The position numbers and the translations under genes are program-made. From Lepidodermella squamata (Eukaryota > Animalia > Gastrotricha): 64,000 bases of DNA. Location: contig JBLDXI010000042.1 in NCBI GenBank assembly GCA_047495785.1, positions 4,588,001-4,652,000 of the forward strand, read 5' to 3'. The notes under the pieces were generated by a model. The model worked only from the letters and a program-made list of their open reading frames with translations. It did not search any database and was not told the DNA's origin. Below, in pieces: positions 51,369-64,000 of the stretch. Numbering within the stretch: the first letter of the stretch is position 1; every line of letters begins with the position of its first letter.

Positions 51369-53155
51369 TATAAGGCTAAAGTTTGAAAAAATAGTAAAAT
51401 TATATCAAGAACATTTTAAACGCAATCGCAAAGAAGTTAAAGGGGCTAGTAATACTCTATCGATGGCAAGAAAGGTAAAAAGTTTCGAACGGAATACGTC
51501 GATTATGTTAGAATCATTTCGGCTGGTTTCTGTACATCTGACATGAGCAATAATGACTAGGTAAGCAGGTTTGATGGCCAGTGCTCGTAATATCTGATTT
51601 ATGGGTGCCACGCGCTATCCAGCATTTAGTCTCCGGCATCTCCAATCTCCACCCGTGTCAATGTATTACATAGGCCACGTACTGGGATCTCAAGCAGTCA
51701 GCATTGCTGTCAGCATGACGTTAATCTAAGCCAAATCTGACAAGTGGAGACTGAGACTCGAAACGCTGGAGAAAGATGCGGAACGAAAAATGATTCATTA
51801 ATAATCCATGAAAAGTTTCAGGGTAAGGCAGCATAAAAGTTCAGCCAGAAGTTGAGTAACGTGCCTCAAGGCCATGTTTTTCTTGACTGACGGCAATTAA
51901 CCAGAGGCAAGTGAGCTGGATTCAAGAACCTGCTTGAGTTATAATAAGTTATAAGCTTCACACCGTGTGCCGTAACCCGTAACGAAGGTAAGGCGCTGCT
52001 ACACGGCGTAAAAGGTGTAGGCGTAACGCCAAATGCAGAGCCCAATTACAAGGCCGAGCTAAATTGAGCGACCAATCAGAATTGGTTTGATTTTAACCGC
52101 ATGTATTTATTCACAAAATTATAGTTGACTAAATTAAAAAGATTAAATTTTTACATGTGTCAACAGCAGAAAACACCACATTTGACCTAATTCCGCGCAC
52201 CAATCGCCGTCCAGGTTCAAAAACGACCGTTGGACCAAAGTTGACCGTTGCGGTTTCATTCTGGCAGGAATATTTTTTGTTGTTTTTTTTTACCTAGAGC
52301 TGAGTCATGATTTCTCTGGTTCTACCTTCTAATCACCATTTTCAATACAGGTTTCTGGTTTTTTAGCATTACTATAAGCAGTCGACTTCATATCACATAT
52401 CACTCAGCTCCAAGATCGACGATGGACGGGATCAATGATCTATGATGGATGAATATAGTTATATTTTAGATGTAGGATTTTGGTCAGCTGGAAACTGGAA
52501 ACTGGACCTGGAAGTGCAAATACTTCATGCTAAAAAATCACAAGTCTGAAGACATATCCGCTTGTTAAACGTATGACAAGTTAGTAGTTTAGAGTTTAGA
52601 CTGCGGTATTAAGCGTTATTAGGTACCCCGTACTCGTGAAACCATCCCTTTGATGAACGGTGAATGGCTCTATCACCTCAGCCTTGTTCAGACCACTGAT
52701 TTGCCTTATCGTGCATTGTATTAATAGCATATTGCCACGTCTTACGTCTTCGGAGCATTGACGAAGCGTCTATCCCAAAGGTAGACTTGAGCAGCTTGTC
52801 TTGAGTGAACAGCGAAATCTAATGGTCCTTTGGAGCCCTAAATCGACGATTAAATATATCCTGATCATGGACCTGATTGCTTCAAATTTAAGGGTGCTAT
52901 TGGTCCGACATTGTAAGGAGTAAGCTTGGACCCTTGAAACGAAAACGTGGGACAAAGGAACCTGAAGACCCTGTAGGCCACCGCTAATGAACAGATTTGA
53001 AGAAGTACTTACTCCTTTGAAGAATTACTCTCCTGATTACAATCTCCCATTTCTGATGGGCTATAAGCGTATCCAAACCGGGAAAATCCTGATTATTTAG
53101 TACAAGTAACCGAACCAAGGAAAGCATGCGGGTTGCATTCAATTGAATGCGTTAA

Positions 53156-53828
<673 letters not shown>

Positions 53829-54272
53829 TCTATATAGTGATTTTATCGTCTTAAATCGCCACTGCACTTTGTATCTCAGATATTTTTTTGTGTTTGGAGA
53901 ATATATGTGATCTCGTTTGAATTATTCCCACAAAATCACGCCTAATCCCACCACGAAATGGATTCAGCTTCATATTTTTGATTTTTTACGATTTTTCCCA
54001 TCGGCCACTGAAGAATTTGAACCATAATGCAATATTGTGATATTATGCAATATGCTGCGACCAATTTGAATGAGAGGAAACGTTCGATTTACGAGTGTTT
54101 AAATCGTAAAAACGTATCTCGTAGAATATGTGATATTAATCTTGGTAGCGAACAATTTGCCGTGGATCTGCTATTTATCATTTCATAAAAAAAAATTCGT
54201 AAATTTGGCTAAATATGTGTTGATTATCGAAGTAAAAGTTTTATAAGAGAATTCTTGTCTTTTTCACGTAGA

Positions 54273-57200
54273 ATGTTGTTTGTTAAAGTGTTAGTCATTG
54301 TAGCCTCAGCGGCTTGTTGCTGGGCTATAAAGCCGAAATTTCGATCGATCAACTCGCTTTACAACCTGGAACCACCACCGACTGATTTAGCTGTTACTCC
54401 ACCTACCGCTGTTGCCATTCCGAGCCCGAAACTTTCAAAGAAAAGCCCGCAATCCTGCTCGAAAAACTCCACCTTATCGCCGTTTGTTACCAGATCTTGT
54501 TTGAACCGCTTGACCAAGTCGGAAAATAAATTCAAACAATTTTTAGCTGAGGCGAGATGCGCGCGGTTACTTCTTCAGGCCATTACTGAAAAAATTATGA
54601 GAAGCGACAACGCAAACGACGGGATAAAATTAGCCTTCGAGCTGGACGCGTTAACAAGGGCAAAATTCGCTCGAGTAACCGGCGAAACACTGAATGGTAC
54701 CCTCATCTCCCGGACGAAAGGAATGTGCGAATCACTGCAGATATTAACAGTGAGCCACCTTAATATCAAAAAATGTCCCAAATTTGCGGGTTTTTTTTAA
54801 CAGAATTCGTTGTCCAAAGGTCGTCTTTCACCTGTTGAAAATAATTTTTCCCATCAATTCGATACCTCAAATTCGTTTATCGGGACTATATCGGAGTCGC
54901 TTGTTTTTCAACTCGCATGTATGGTGGTGTTTATCATTGTTTTACGTCTTTTCGCCCGCCATTTATGGTCTCCTATGACGGTTGCCGGCATAATAATGGG
55001 CTGTTTCGTTATTTCAATTTGTTTACACTGCCTGAGGCAGTATCACGAACGCAAGGCTGAAGCTGACGCGGCAATGTTTCGTTACATGCAAGAGCCGTGC
55101 CATCAAAATTTGCCGGGTTTGAACGCGAATCGCGGCGATAAGGCGAAACAAGCCGCCGAGCCGTCGTATCTGCGCATTATTGGATCGTCGATTTTACCTG
55201 GGTGGATCTCGCAACTACCTCCGGCCTATTCCGAACCAGATTCTTGCGCTAAACATCGAAAATTGGCGCTGACCCATCCGATTCTATTGGTAATTTGCTC
55301 GCAATTTTTTTATAATTTCATCAAAAGTGAAAGTATCAGCCTATAAATCGGTAATAAACCGAATTAATATGTGAAAACTGAAAAATGTTCGAATAAGATC
55401 CGCGGGAATTACTTAATAACTTGAACCCAGAAAGAGTAGGATTGAATTTTTTAATTTTAAAACGATCACGGTTTCATCGAGGTCGTCGAAGTTATTGAGT
55501 ACATGATGTAAAAGTTTGATTGACTTCTTTCAAATTGAACTTGAAATTTCGGAATTTTACCTCTGCTTTCATTGAAAATTCGCAGTTGGGACAACAACAG
55601 AAGCGTAGAAATTTAGGTGCCATGATTCAAATTTAATAAATTTCTTTTATTGCGTTCCATCGATTTCTAGGCGCTGGATTAATCCGTTAATAATTTATCA
55701 GCTCTGATTACCAACCCAATATCGAATTATTTCCGCTCTTCAAAATGCATAGAAGGTAAAAAGTTTCATCGATAGTCGATCAAGGCTTATTCTGGGGGAT
55801 ATTTTTGACCGAACAAGGACAACTAAGGCCCGAGTATTATATGTGGAATATTACATATTTAATGCCCCAATCTTATCTAGCCCGAATTCGATGAAACTAA
55901 CAAAAAAGCATCACTTCCGCTTAAATTTTAACTGAATTCAACTCAATATGACTACATTATAATTCAAAATGTATGCGGAAATTGAGCGGTTAAATTCAAG
56001 TCTAAACCCAAGAAATCGAGCCATTTTGCACCACACTTACACTTTAAACCTATATTTTTGAAAATTTGCGAGAGTAATTATTTGGAACCAAATATAGTTC
56101 CTGAAATTCAAAGAAAAATACAAATATTTTTCCCAATTTTTAACCCTTTCATGGCGGAATTTTTTTCAGCCAAGCAAAAAAAAATCGAATTTTTTTAATT
56201 TCCAGCAATGGTAGGAATCGGAAATCGGCAACCACATGCTATTCTGAGGCCTGATGCGCATATATCCCATCAGTTACTCATTTCACTGAAATTTTCAATC
56301 CCGCTATTTCTTCAAATATAGATTCATCCGGATGAATTCATAGAAATCGTCAGCCAGGCTATTGTGCCGTCAGTTTTTCGTGGAATTTCGAAAAAACGTT
56401 ATGGTTAGTTAATTAGACCCTGCCGGACACGCCTGTGAAGTCAGATAGACCAGGAAAAATACCCAAGACCTCGTTTTACTCGATTGGAAAAAAATATGAA
56501 AAACGTGCATCGGTTTGAAGTTTTAAAATTGATCATTTTTCAAGAGGGTAAGAGATAACTAAATTTGGCTTTCAGATTCTTGTGGGCAAAATCCGAAAGT
56601 AGTATTTTGCCAATTATGATGGAAAAGTTCGTTAAATTGATGAAACTATGAATTAGCAAAGTCGAAATTCCGAAATCGTCCTTCCCGCCGTGAAAGGGTT
56701 AAACCGTTTAAAAATGCAAAATTTTCTGTAATTTTAAGGTGGATCCATGGGAAGCGGTTGTGACTACCTTCTCGAAGACGATGCTCACCCCAATTCGAAT
56801 TTTGTTCGACTACGTGGCAAATGCTGTCACAGAGCGTGGCTGGATCCTAGGATCAGGCTGTATTTTCCTACTCACCGCCGTTTTATGGATCCTGCGGCCT
56901 TATATATCCGCCATGCCGGGTTTCATGCCTCGCCTGCCCGACCCTGCTCAAACACAAGCCCCGAAACTCGCAGCACCTCCGCGCGAAAAGTTGTGTCTAC
57001 GAGCCGCCACGCCGTCGAATCAATCAGGCGACGACGAATCGTTAACTTCATCGCCGAATCGTCGTGATAATTTCAATGAATTACCGCCCGTCCCTGGTTA
57101 CGACGAAAATGTCCCGCCTATGCCGCTGATTCCCCTACCCGCCCTGGCCTCGCCCTCCCCGGACCGGAGGCGCGATTTGAAAAAGCAGCGGCATAGACAA

Positions 57201-57293
57201 CACGGCTTGAACGATACGGAAAATGTAGCTGGTGACGAAAATATCAGCCCGAACCGTCACCGGTTATCACCTAGTCGTCGGTTGTCAATGTGA
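54273..57293 (+). CDS. CLCC1-like (chloride channel CLIC-like) ER membrane protein, about 505 aa
   Basis: Exons 54273-54749, 54804-55289, 56739-57293. Signal peptide and three TM segments; DSCAKHRKLALTHPILLVDPWEAVVTTFSKTMLTP resembles the conserved CLCC1 segment (D.C..Y...L..P...V.P..A...T....P). Confidence 0.55.
56144..56698. mobile_element. Non-autonomous piggyBac-like element in intron
   Basis: TTAA|CCCTTTCATGGCGG ... CCGCCGTGAAAGGG|TTAA. Confidence 0.85.
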
Positions 57294-58638
57294 AAACTGG
57301 TCGTGATTTTTTTGTTACACCGATTTTTTTTCGAGGCAGCGTTTTTTTTGTATTAAAACACTGTGCCAGCAGGACATGTTATCGACAGCACTACATTAAC
57401 AATTGAGCACATATAATTTGAATAAAATGACTGTCCCATTTTTACGCTATAATTTTATCATTTGTTTTCTTTTTGAAAAATACCTCCGACTGAAAACTGT
57501 CGAAAAATCAGGCATGTTTATTAATCTAAACGCTCGCTGAACTTGCCGCTTGAGTTATGAATATGCAGACATTGTTATTACCATTGTCATTGTAATTAAT
57601 CCAGCTTGAAAAGCAAGTAATAAAGCGCCATTTTTGTGAAGAAAGTATATTGTGATTTTTTACCATACCAACTTCTTTAAATTGAAAATGATTTTCCGAA
57701 AATACCGTATTAGTGGTATAAAGGCCGCGGCGACTAATTTTCCTGATTATCAGAGAAGGGGGCAAAAAGCGGCGATTATTCGAATGCGGCCTTTATTTTT
57801 TCCATTTACCGGGGAACGGTACAATTTTGACAACAAAAAGGTACAACTTGGTAAAAAAAATTCCAGAAATTCAATTCGGGTGAATTCTTTCCTAATTTTT
57901 ACACCTTTGGAACCCCCTAGTCCTGGCATAATTGTGATCCAGGTAATTCACCTGAGAAAAATGGCCCGAAAGAAAGGTACAACTTTGACAACTTTATGGT
58001 AATGCCCCTTTTTCAACTTGATTATCTAGCGTCAGCAGTGATTCATCGTGCGCGTGGTGAAGATTGACATTTTTTTATTTGATGTTATAATTTTTTGTGT
58101 TAAAACGCTGTTTTCTAGGTGTCGCTTTGTAACTTCACCAAAAATAAACGAACGGTGCTAGAATTTTGGAAAAAATTATAGAATTATCAACATGAGACAG
58201 GCCTCATCGAAGTACCATTTGAAAATCGGTTAAGAAGTCTTTCAACGTAGTTTTTGAGTTGTCAAAATTGTACCTCAAAATCGCTACTTTGCAGGTAATT
58301 TACCTGGAACTGGCTCTTCAAAATTTACTGCTCTCACTTCAATAATTACTAGCTAAACGCCAGCTTCATTTTGGTATGAAAAATTCTGTCAAAACCGCCC
58401 AGGTGAAAAGATCCAGAGGGGTGATTTTAGGGTTTTCGAGGGTTCGATTCCAAAAATCAGCAGTTAATAATGGAATCGAATTTTTTATCCAGCCAACGGA
58501 TTTTTTAGATGTTTATCCACAATATTTTAGTTTTATTCTGATAATAGAATTGTTGGCAAAAATCAAACAAATTTCAAGTTTTAAGGCTGGATCGTCGCTA
58601 GAGACATTGCTGGAAAAATGGCTCCGAGTTGAACACAA

Positions 58639-59411
58639 TCATTTGAAGCCGAGAAACGTTTTCAGGCTTCGAAGTTGCGTCGCCGCAGCTCGGCCTTGTA
58701 GTGGCACTGGCTGGTCATAGAACTGCAGCATTTGCCTCACGATCGCCGCCCCGTTGGCTGCCGTGTTCATTTTGTTCAACTCGGTGAGACTTTCCGGCGC
58801 TCCCAACACGTTCATAGCTTGCATTTTTCGATTTCGGGGATACTGAATCGCAGCAATTGTTTTAGAACGTCTAGCTGCCTTCTGGCTGTCGTAATTCGTC
58901 TGCTGAATCGATTCAAGTTGTCTGCAAAATAAAGATTTTCAATTGAATTTTTGAAAAAATGCTCACTTTTCGAATTGAAGTTCACGCTGGCTGTCTAGCA
59001 AATTGATCAAAAGCTCGCGATTAGCTGTGACATCGGCTTCGATTTTGTTCATTTGTACTTGTATATGGATGCAGGTATCCAACATTTGAAAAGGCTGATT
59101 GCCAGAATTTGCCAAATCTTTGGCGCGGTCGATCATGTAAGCGATAAACGCGCGTAAAGTTTCCTGAAAATTGTTGATGACCAAAGAAGCTGTTTTAGAA
59201 AGGGTCAAACAAGTAATAAATATTATGAACGTGCGACTATAAAAACCTGGGCCGATTAACGCCAGTTGGGAATAAATCAGCAGTAGCTCGGACATTTCGC
59301 CTGGCGCACCTTTCGCAGGTAAACCGATATGTTGACGTGAGTTAGCGCTGAAATGCGGCAACTCAGCTCCTGCAGCTGTTGGGCTATTCCATTATCGTCT
59401 TGAGATGCCAT
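58639..59411 (-). pseudogene. Copy 3 of the coiled-coil / Mug135-like family
   Basis: MASQDDNGIAQQLQEL..(frameshift)..LPAKGAPGEMSELLL..IGP / ASLVINNF..QVQMNKIEADVTANREL / GAPESLTELNKMNTAANGA..LQFYDQP..LRSLKTFLGFK. Intron positions match copy 2. Confidence 0.7.
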
Positions 59412-59699
59412 TATCGCAAAAAAAACTATGCCGAATACCCGAAATTAACGATTAAAATGCGAGCTAAACTAAAACTTGCGTGAATTTCCGGCTCTTCGGT
59501 TATTTAAGGTGGATTTTTCTATTTTTTTCACCACTGCCAGTTTTCATTCCAAGATGCGCAGGATTCGGTTTCAAACTCAACCTTGCATAAGTTCCAATTT
59601 TATAAGATCGTCTTCGAAACAATTTTTCACAGATTTTTGAAACGTTTTCTTTTATGGCTAAAAAAATCCAAATGTGATGGGACAAAACAGCGAGTAAAG

Positions 59700-60044
59700 A
59701 AAATACACGGAAAAGGGCTCAGAAACTCTAAAATTAGAGACGAAGTTACATCTCATAGCCAGAGATTTTTTAGAAAAATTAGCAGAGAATAAATATCAAG
59801 TACCTATGTCACTTGTTAATGGGATTAAAAAAGACCGGGCAAATTCCGTCTAACCGGGTAAAATAACAAAACTACCAAATCGGGATTTTCCGGGTTTTCT
59901 CCGGTAAATTTTTGTTTCTTCGGTTAAATAACGCCGTATGAAAAACATAGAATATTCTCCTGGTAGGTTTAATTTGCAAAAATTAGTAGAATTTCCTACA
60001 AAAGGTTGCCAAATTTAATAATGCGCAACTTCTGGGACACGCTG
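59700..60044. mobile_element. Second copy of the CAGCGTGTCCCA MITE family
   Basis: Right end TGGGACACGCTG|TA; AAAAGGG(C/T)TCAGAAACTCTAAAAT and other blocks shared with 47764-48138. Confidence 0.65.
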
Positions 60045-60647
60045 TAATAATCGAGTATGCTCTTTTCAAGGAGATGGATAATAAATCCGGTGCGGCCAGG
60101 TGTAAAATGCAGAAAGGCAAGTTGCCATCGAGAATTTTCGGGTATTCTCCGGTAAATTAGTTCGGTGAAAGTTTAGATTATTTCCTGTAAGTTAAATTTA
60201 AAAAAAAACGCGTTAAATCAGCAAACTTCAAAAAATAGCTACGCAACACTTTATGGGGCTCATTTTTTTATGTTGATCATTGGTTTTGTGCCAATTTCAA
60301 AATATGTATCAGTTCTGAAGCTTATTCCCGATTTCCGTCGAACGCATGCATCAGTCCCGCGAAAAAAGAACAGGTGATTGCTTTGATGATTTTATTATTA
60401 TCATTTTGTTCTCATGAAAAAGCCACATCATTTGAATAATTTATAAAATTTCAATAATTATAAATAATCATAAATTAGTAATAGATTAACCGTAGTTGTG
60501 TATTAAAAAGGTGGAAGAAAATTTCTATACAAAAGTGATCGGGATCGAGATGAGAGGAAACTTCACACCGAAACAACAAAAACAATACATACAAACATAC
60601 ATACATAACTTATATAATAGCCACACGTTGCTAAAAGAACCAGCCTA

Positions 60648-61734
60648 TCAATAACACGGTGTTGGCCGGCTGAAGCGATGAAGCGAGGCTTTACTCAACC
60701 GGGCCGGGCTTGATGAAGCGAGGCCCTGCGACGATCGGCTTCGCATTGATTGAATAAATTCGGATAGAACCTCGTGATCAGCAGTGCGAGGCAGGCGCGA
60801 CTGGCTCATCGAAGCGGAACGGGCGTGGCTGACCGGCAGCGAGGCGAGGGTCGACGATGACCAGGTAGGTTTCGCCGCAAGGCGAGACGGCAGGATTTTT
60901 TCGAAATTTTCAATGTCTTCCTTATCGTCATCCTCGCGCGGTAAACGAAGCGTGCAGGGCAGAAATTCGCGCATGATCGTGTGGTGGATGACGAGCGATT
61001 CGAGGTCTTGCCATTCTTTTGCATTCGTCGAATTAGACGAGTCGCTAAGGCCCTGGAACCGGTAGCGGTCGGAGGCGGTTTTTACGATGAGATAGTGAGC
61101 GATGCCGGCATTGTTGACGAAAGCTGGGACGCGCACGGAGAGGACGAAAGCACCTGTTCCGCATGACTTGCTCGGGCGAACAATGAAAGCGCCAACAGGT
61201 TGCTCGAGCAGTTTTCGCGCAATTTCCTCTCTAGAAAATAATTGAGATAATCATGAAAAAAATTCGAAAATAAATCAAAGATCATTCAAATTTTCAAAAA
61301 AATCCAAATTTTGAAAATTTTCAAATTTCAAAAATGTAAATAATTTGAAAAATTCAAGGAATATTTTCAAAATATTTTTAATTTTTCAAAATTCAAAAAA
61401 TTCAAATATTCAAAAATCAAATGTTACAAAAAATTCAAAATTGCTGATGATTTTACCTTGAAATGTCGTTTTGAATGAACCATTTGTGGGACGGGGTGGG
61501 AGAGGGCGAGGGTGTTTTGCGAGGCGGCGGCATTGGCGGGTTATTGATATTGCTCAACGCAGCTTTGTGGGCACCCAGCTCCGAGGAGGAAGACGAATTA
61601 CTCGGCAATTTATGGTAGCATCGATGCTGTTGCATGAAAGCGTTGAACGCACAACAGAATAAGCAATCGTGCGAGACGGCGGATGAACCAGCCGAAAAAG
61701 AACCAGCCGATGAGCATGGGCGAGACATTTTCAT
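60648..61734 (-). CDS. SH2-domain adaptor (EGFRAP/PVRAP/tensin-like SH2); 5' end uncertain
   Basis: Exons 61734-61457 and 61230-60648. WF..ISREE..L..QPVGAFIVRPS..FVLSVRVP..GIAHYLI..LVIHHTIMREFLPCTLRLP; Pro-rich PPMPPPRK upstream. Confidence 0.78.
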
Positions 61735-64000
61735 AACAATTTGTAATAAATCACTAAAACAAATAGAAAGGGGAATATAAATATTCAATATTCAATAAAA
61801 ATTCAACTTTAAAATTGAAAATGATACAGGTGAGTCTAGCTCAGGTGAGGTAAATGTCAAGATGGCGCCAAAGTGATACGACAGGTGTAGCACACCTTTT
61901 GTTGTTGTGGGAAGGCATGATATGACGATAACAGATAGCGCCTGTCTATCTACCGAGTAAGGACAATAGAGAGGGCAAGTCGAGTTGAGCCTCGAGCGCC
62001 TCACAGCAAACACGCCTCGCTGGGCGCTGTTATCAAGCGCACTTCATACGCACAGTAGGGGCATTCCTGGCCGCAAAGTTTCGTGAAATGGAGCCCACTC
62101 AAGTGAGGGCGCGCGCTCAGACAAGAGCAAACAAAGCTGCTGCTGTTCAACAAGCGCCACAGGTGCTGGCTGGCGATGAGGCGTCGAAGAATCACGCCCC
62201 TCTTACGGCAGATAAGCCGATAAATGAAGCGAAAATCGGATGAAAATTTATTGCACGTACGGCCATGCCTGAAAAATTCCCACGTGTTGGAGTGAAAAAT
62301 CGTGGCTAATAACAAATTGTGGTTGTTTAGCAAGACTTAGCTGGTACTTGTGCCTGCCTGTTGTAGGTATAATTCACGTTGAAAGAATGTGTGATAACCA
62401 TCAATGTTTTGCGTGTTACGGCTACGCTATGCTAATTTTTGCGTGCGCATACCTGCGTGAACAGGGTGCGCAGACGGCGAAGGCGTGAAAATAAGGCCAA
62501 TTTCACGCGGCGCGTGCACGCAAAGATGGTGGCGAGTGATTAATTCGCGCCAACAATTATTTAATTAAACTACAACAATTGAATCGGGATGCTTGCGCCG
62601 TGCAACTCGAATTTTAATTACAACTTCCTGGGAAGACAGCTAGGTAATTCAATAAGTAATTCATGCATAACAATGTCATATCGAGTATTTTTTGCTACGA
62701 TTCAGAATTGAGAGCGCGAAATTAGTAGGTCATATAAAATGCTTAAAATTATAAAAAAATAGCAATCATATTTTAAACTGGGTCGGGCCAGAATGCGTTT
62801 TCAAAATTAAGAAAATTGAAATTTCCGAATTTCGAGGTTTTGGATTTTTTTTTCATATAATGCTAAATTAACGCTACTTTCTTAGGAATTATTCCAAAAT
62901 TGTTTGACAAATAATCTAAAATTCTGAATCATTTATGAATTATGGAACAAGTAAAGCAACTTGGGAATTTCAAAATTTAAATTAGTAAATTTTTCAAAAA
63001 TTGGCCTGAGGAGGCTAAGAGGTCAAGATTTTTTTTCCAATGAACAAATTCTAAGAATTATACGAAAATCCTATATCAGCGAAAAATCGGATAATGACTA
63101 TATTTCAAATTCTTGGAGAAAAATGCTATCTGTTGCCGTTGCAAAGAAGCAACAGGTGTGTAGCGTCGTGTCACGGCGGGGCGGAAGTCGTGACAATTTC
63201 CTGACAAGACGCCGACAAGACGCACTGGTTTCCGGGCGCAAACCGCGCCGGGAAATGCTTTTGATGCGTTGCTGAACGAGAGGGCCGGAAAATGGCTAAC
63301 GAACTATGTTGACTATTCCAAAAATACCTCACTGACAAGATCGCGCGTGTAATAAATATACCACAGCATATACCTAAGAAAAAGAATTCGCACCGTCTTA
63401 TCTTGTACTTACTTATAGCTGAGTAATTGCAGCTGCGTTGTTCGCGTTGTTTGTTGTAGTCACCTTGCGCGCCGGGTATGCGGATGGATGCGACGCGCGC
63501 GCACTGTAAAAGACAACGCGCGCAAAAGAATGCGCGGAATGCGCGCAAATACCGCACATTGGGGTAATATTACCTGACGTTGTTTTACCTTCTTCACGCG
63601 ATGACAGCAATACCTATACCTACCCTGTAAATTAAAAACATTGCGCGTAAAATGACGACAAGTCTCGAGAGCCACTGCCTTCAGGCCTTAATAGATAGCT
63701 TCAAGTAGTAACAAATTGTTTGCGGAAAAATAGCTCAACCTAACCGTATATACCAAATATTGACCCCATACCTGTCTTGATGATAAAATGTGTTATACGG
63801 TAGCCGCGTGTTGTACGTATATGGAATAAAGTTGAAATTTAACCTGAGCCTGTGGCAAGATGCGGCTGCGGCTATCAAAACACAATCGCCGGGTTCTTGT
63901 TGCGCGCGGTTTGTTATTGTATTGTTAACAATGATAACAATTTGTCGACTAATTAGTCAGCTCGCTGCTTCTATCGCGGCCATTAGTCACTCTGCGTGCG

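Noticed and set aside
57700-58320. Possible pogo-like end and repeat resembling 38100-38690
   Set aside because: Only short shared motifs; matching termini could not be established.
61280-61440. TTCAAAAA-rich quasi-periodic tract
   Set aside because: Low-complexity intron sequence without a consistent unit; not a CRISPR array or defined satellite.

Overview
Compact animal genomic window, probably arthropod or another ecdysozoan (inference from gene content). Introns are short GT-AG type, so most single ORFs in the track are exon pieces. Recognisable genes in order: FoxJ2/3-type forkhead (-, runs off the left edge), myosin VIIa (-), a MARVEL-like 4-TM protein (-), MIC10/MICOS10 (+, interrupted by a hAT-type element), REV1 (+), polyhomeotic (-), PDE6D (+), a CLCC1-like membrane protein (+) and an SH2 adaptor of the EGFRAP/tensin-like type (-). 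The 27-46 kb middle behaves as an accessory region. It holds two paralogous, previously unannotated-looking secreted precursors (signal peptide, EExAR, EAKR sites) predicted to release cationic amphipathic antimicrobial/cytolytic-type peptides; these share a conserved promoter and flank dead exon fragments of METTL9 and PRMT5. It also holds an apparently intact autonomous PIF/Harbinger transposon and a 5'-truncated RLE-type non-LTR retroelement. Three dispersed, degenerating copies of an intron-containing coiled-coil gene, whose C-terminus resembles the fungal Mug135/DUF1773 domain, lie at about 28, 43 and 59 kb. MITEs with readable TIR/TSD signatures represent hAT, P-like, Tc1/mariner-pogo, Harbinger and piggyBac superfamilies. 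All homology calls are from motif recognition; no search was run.
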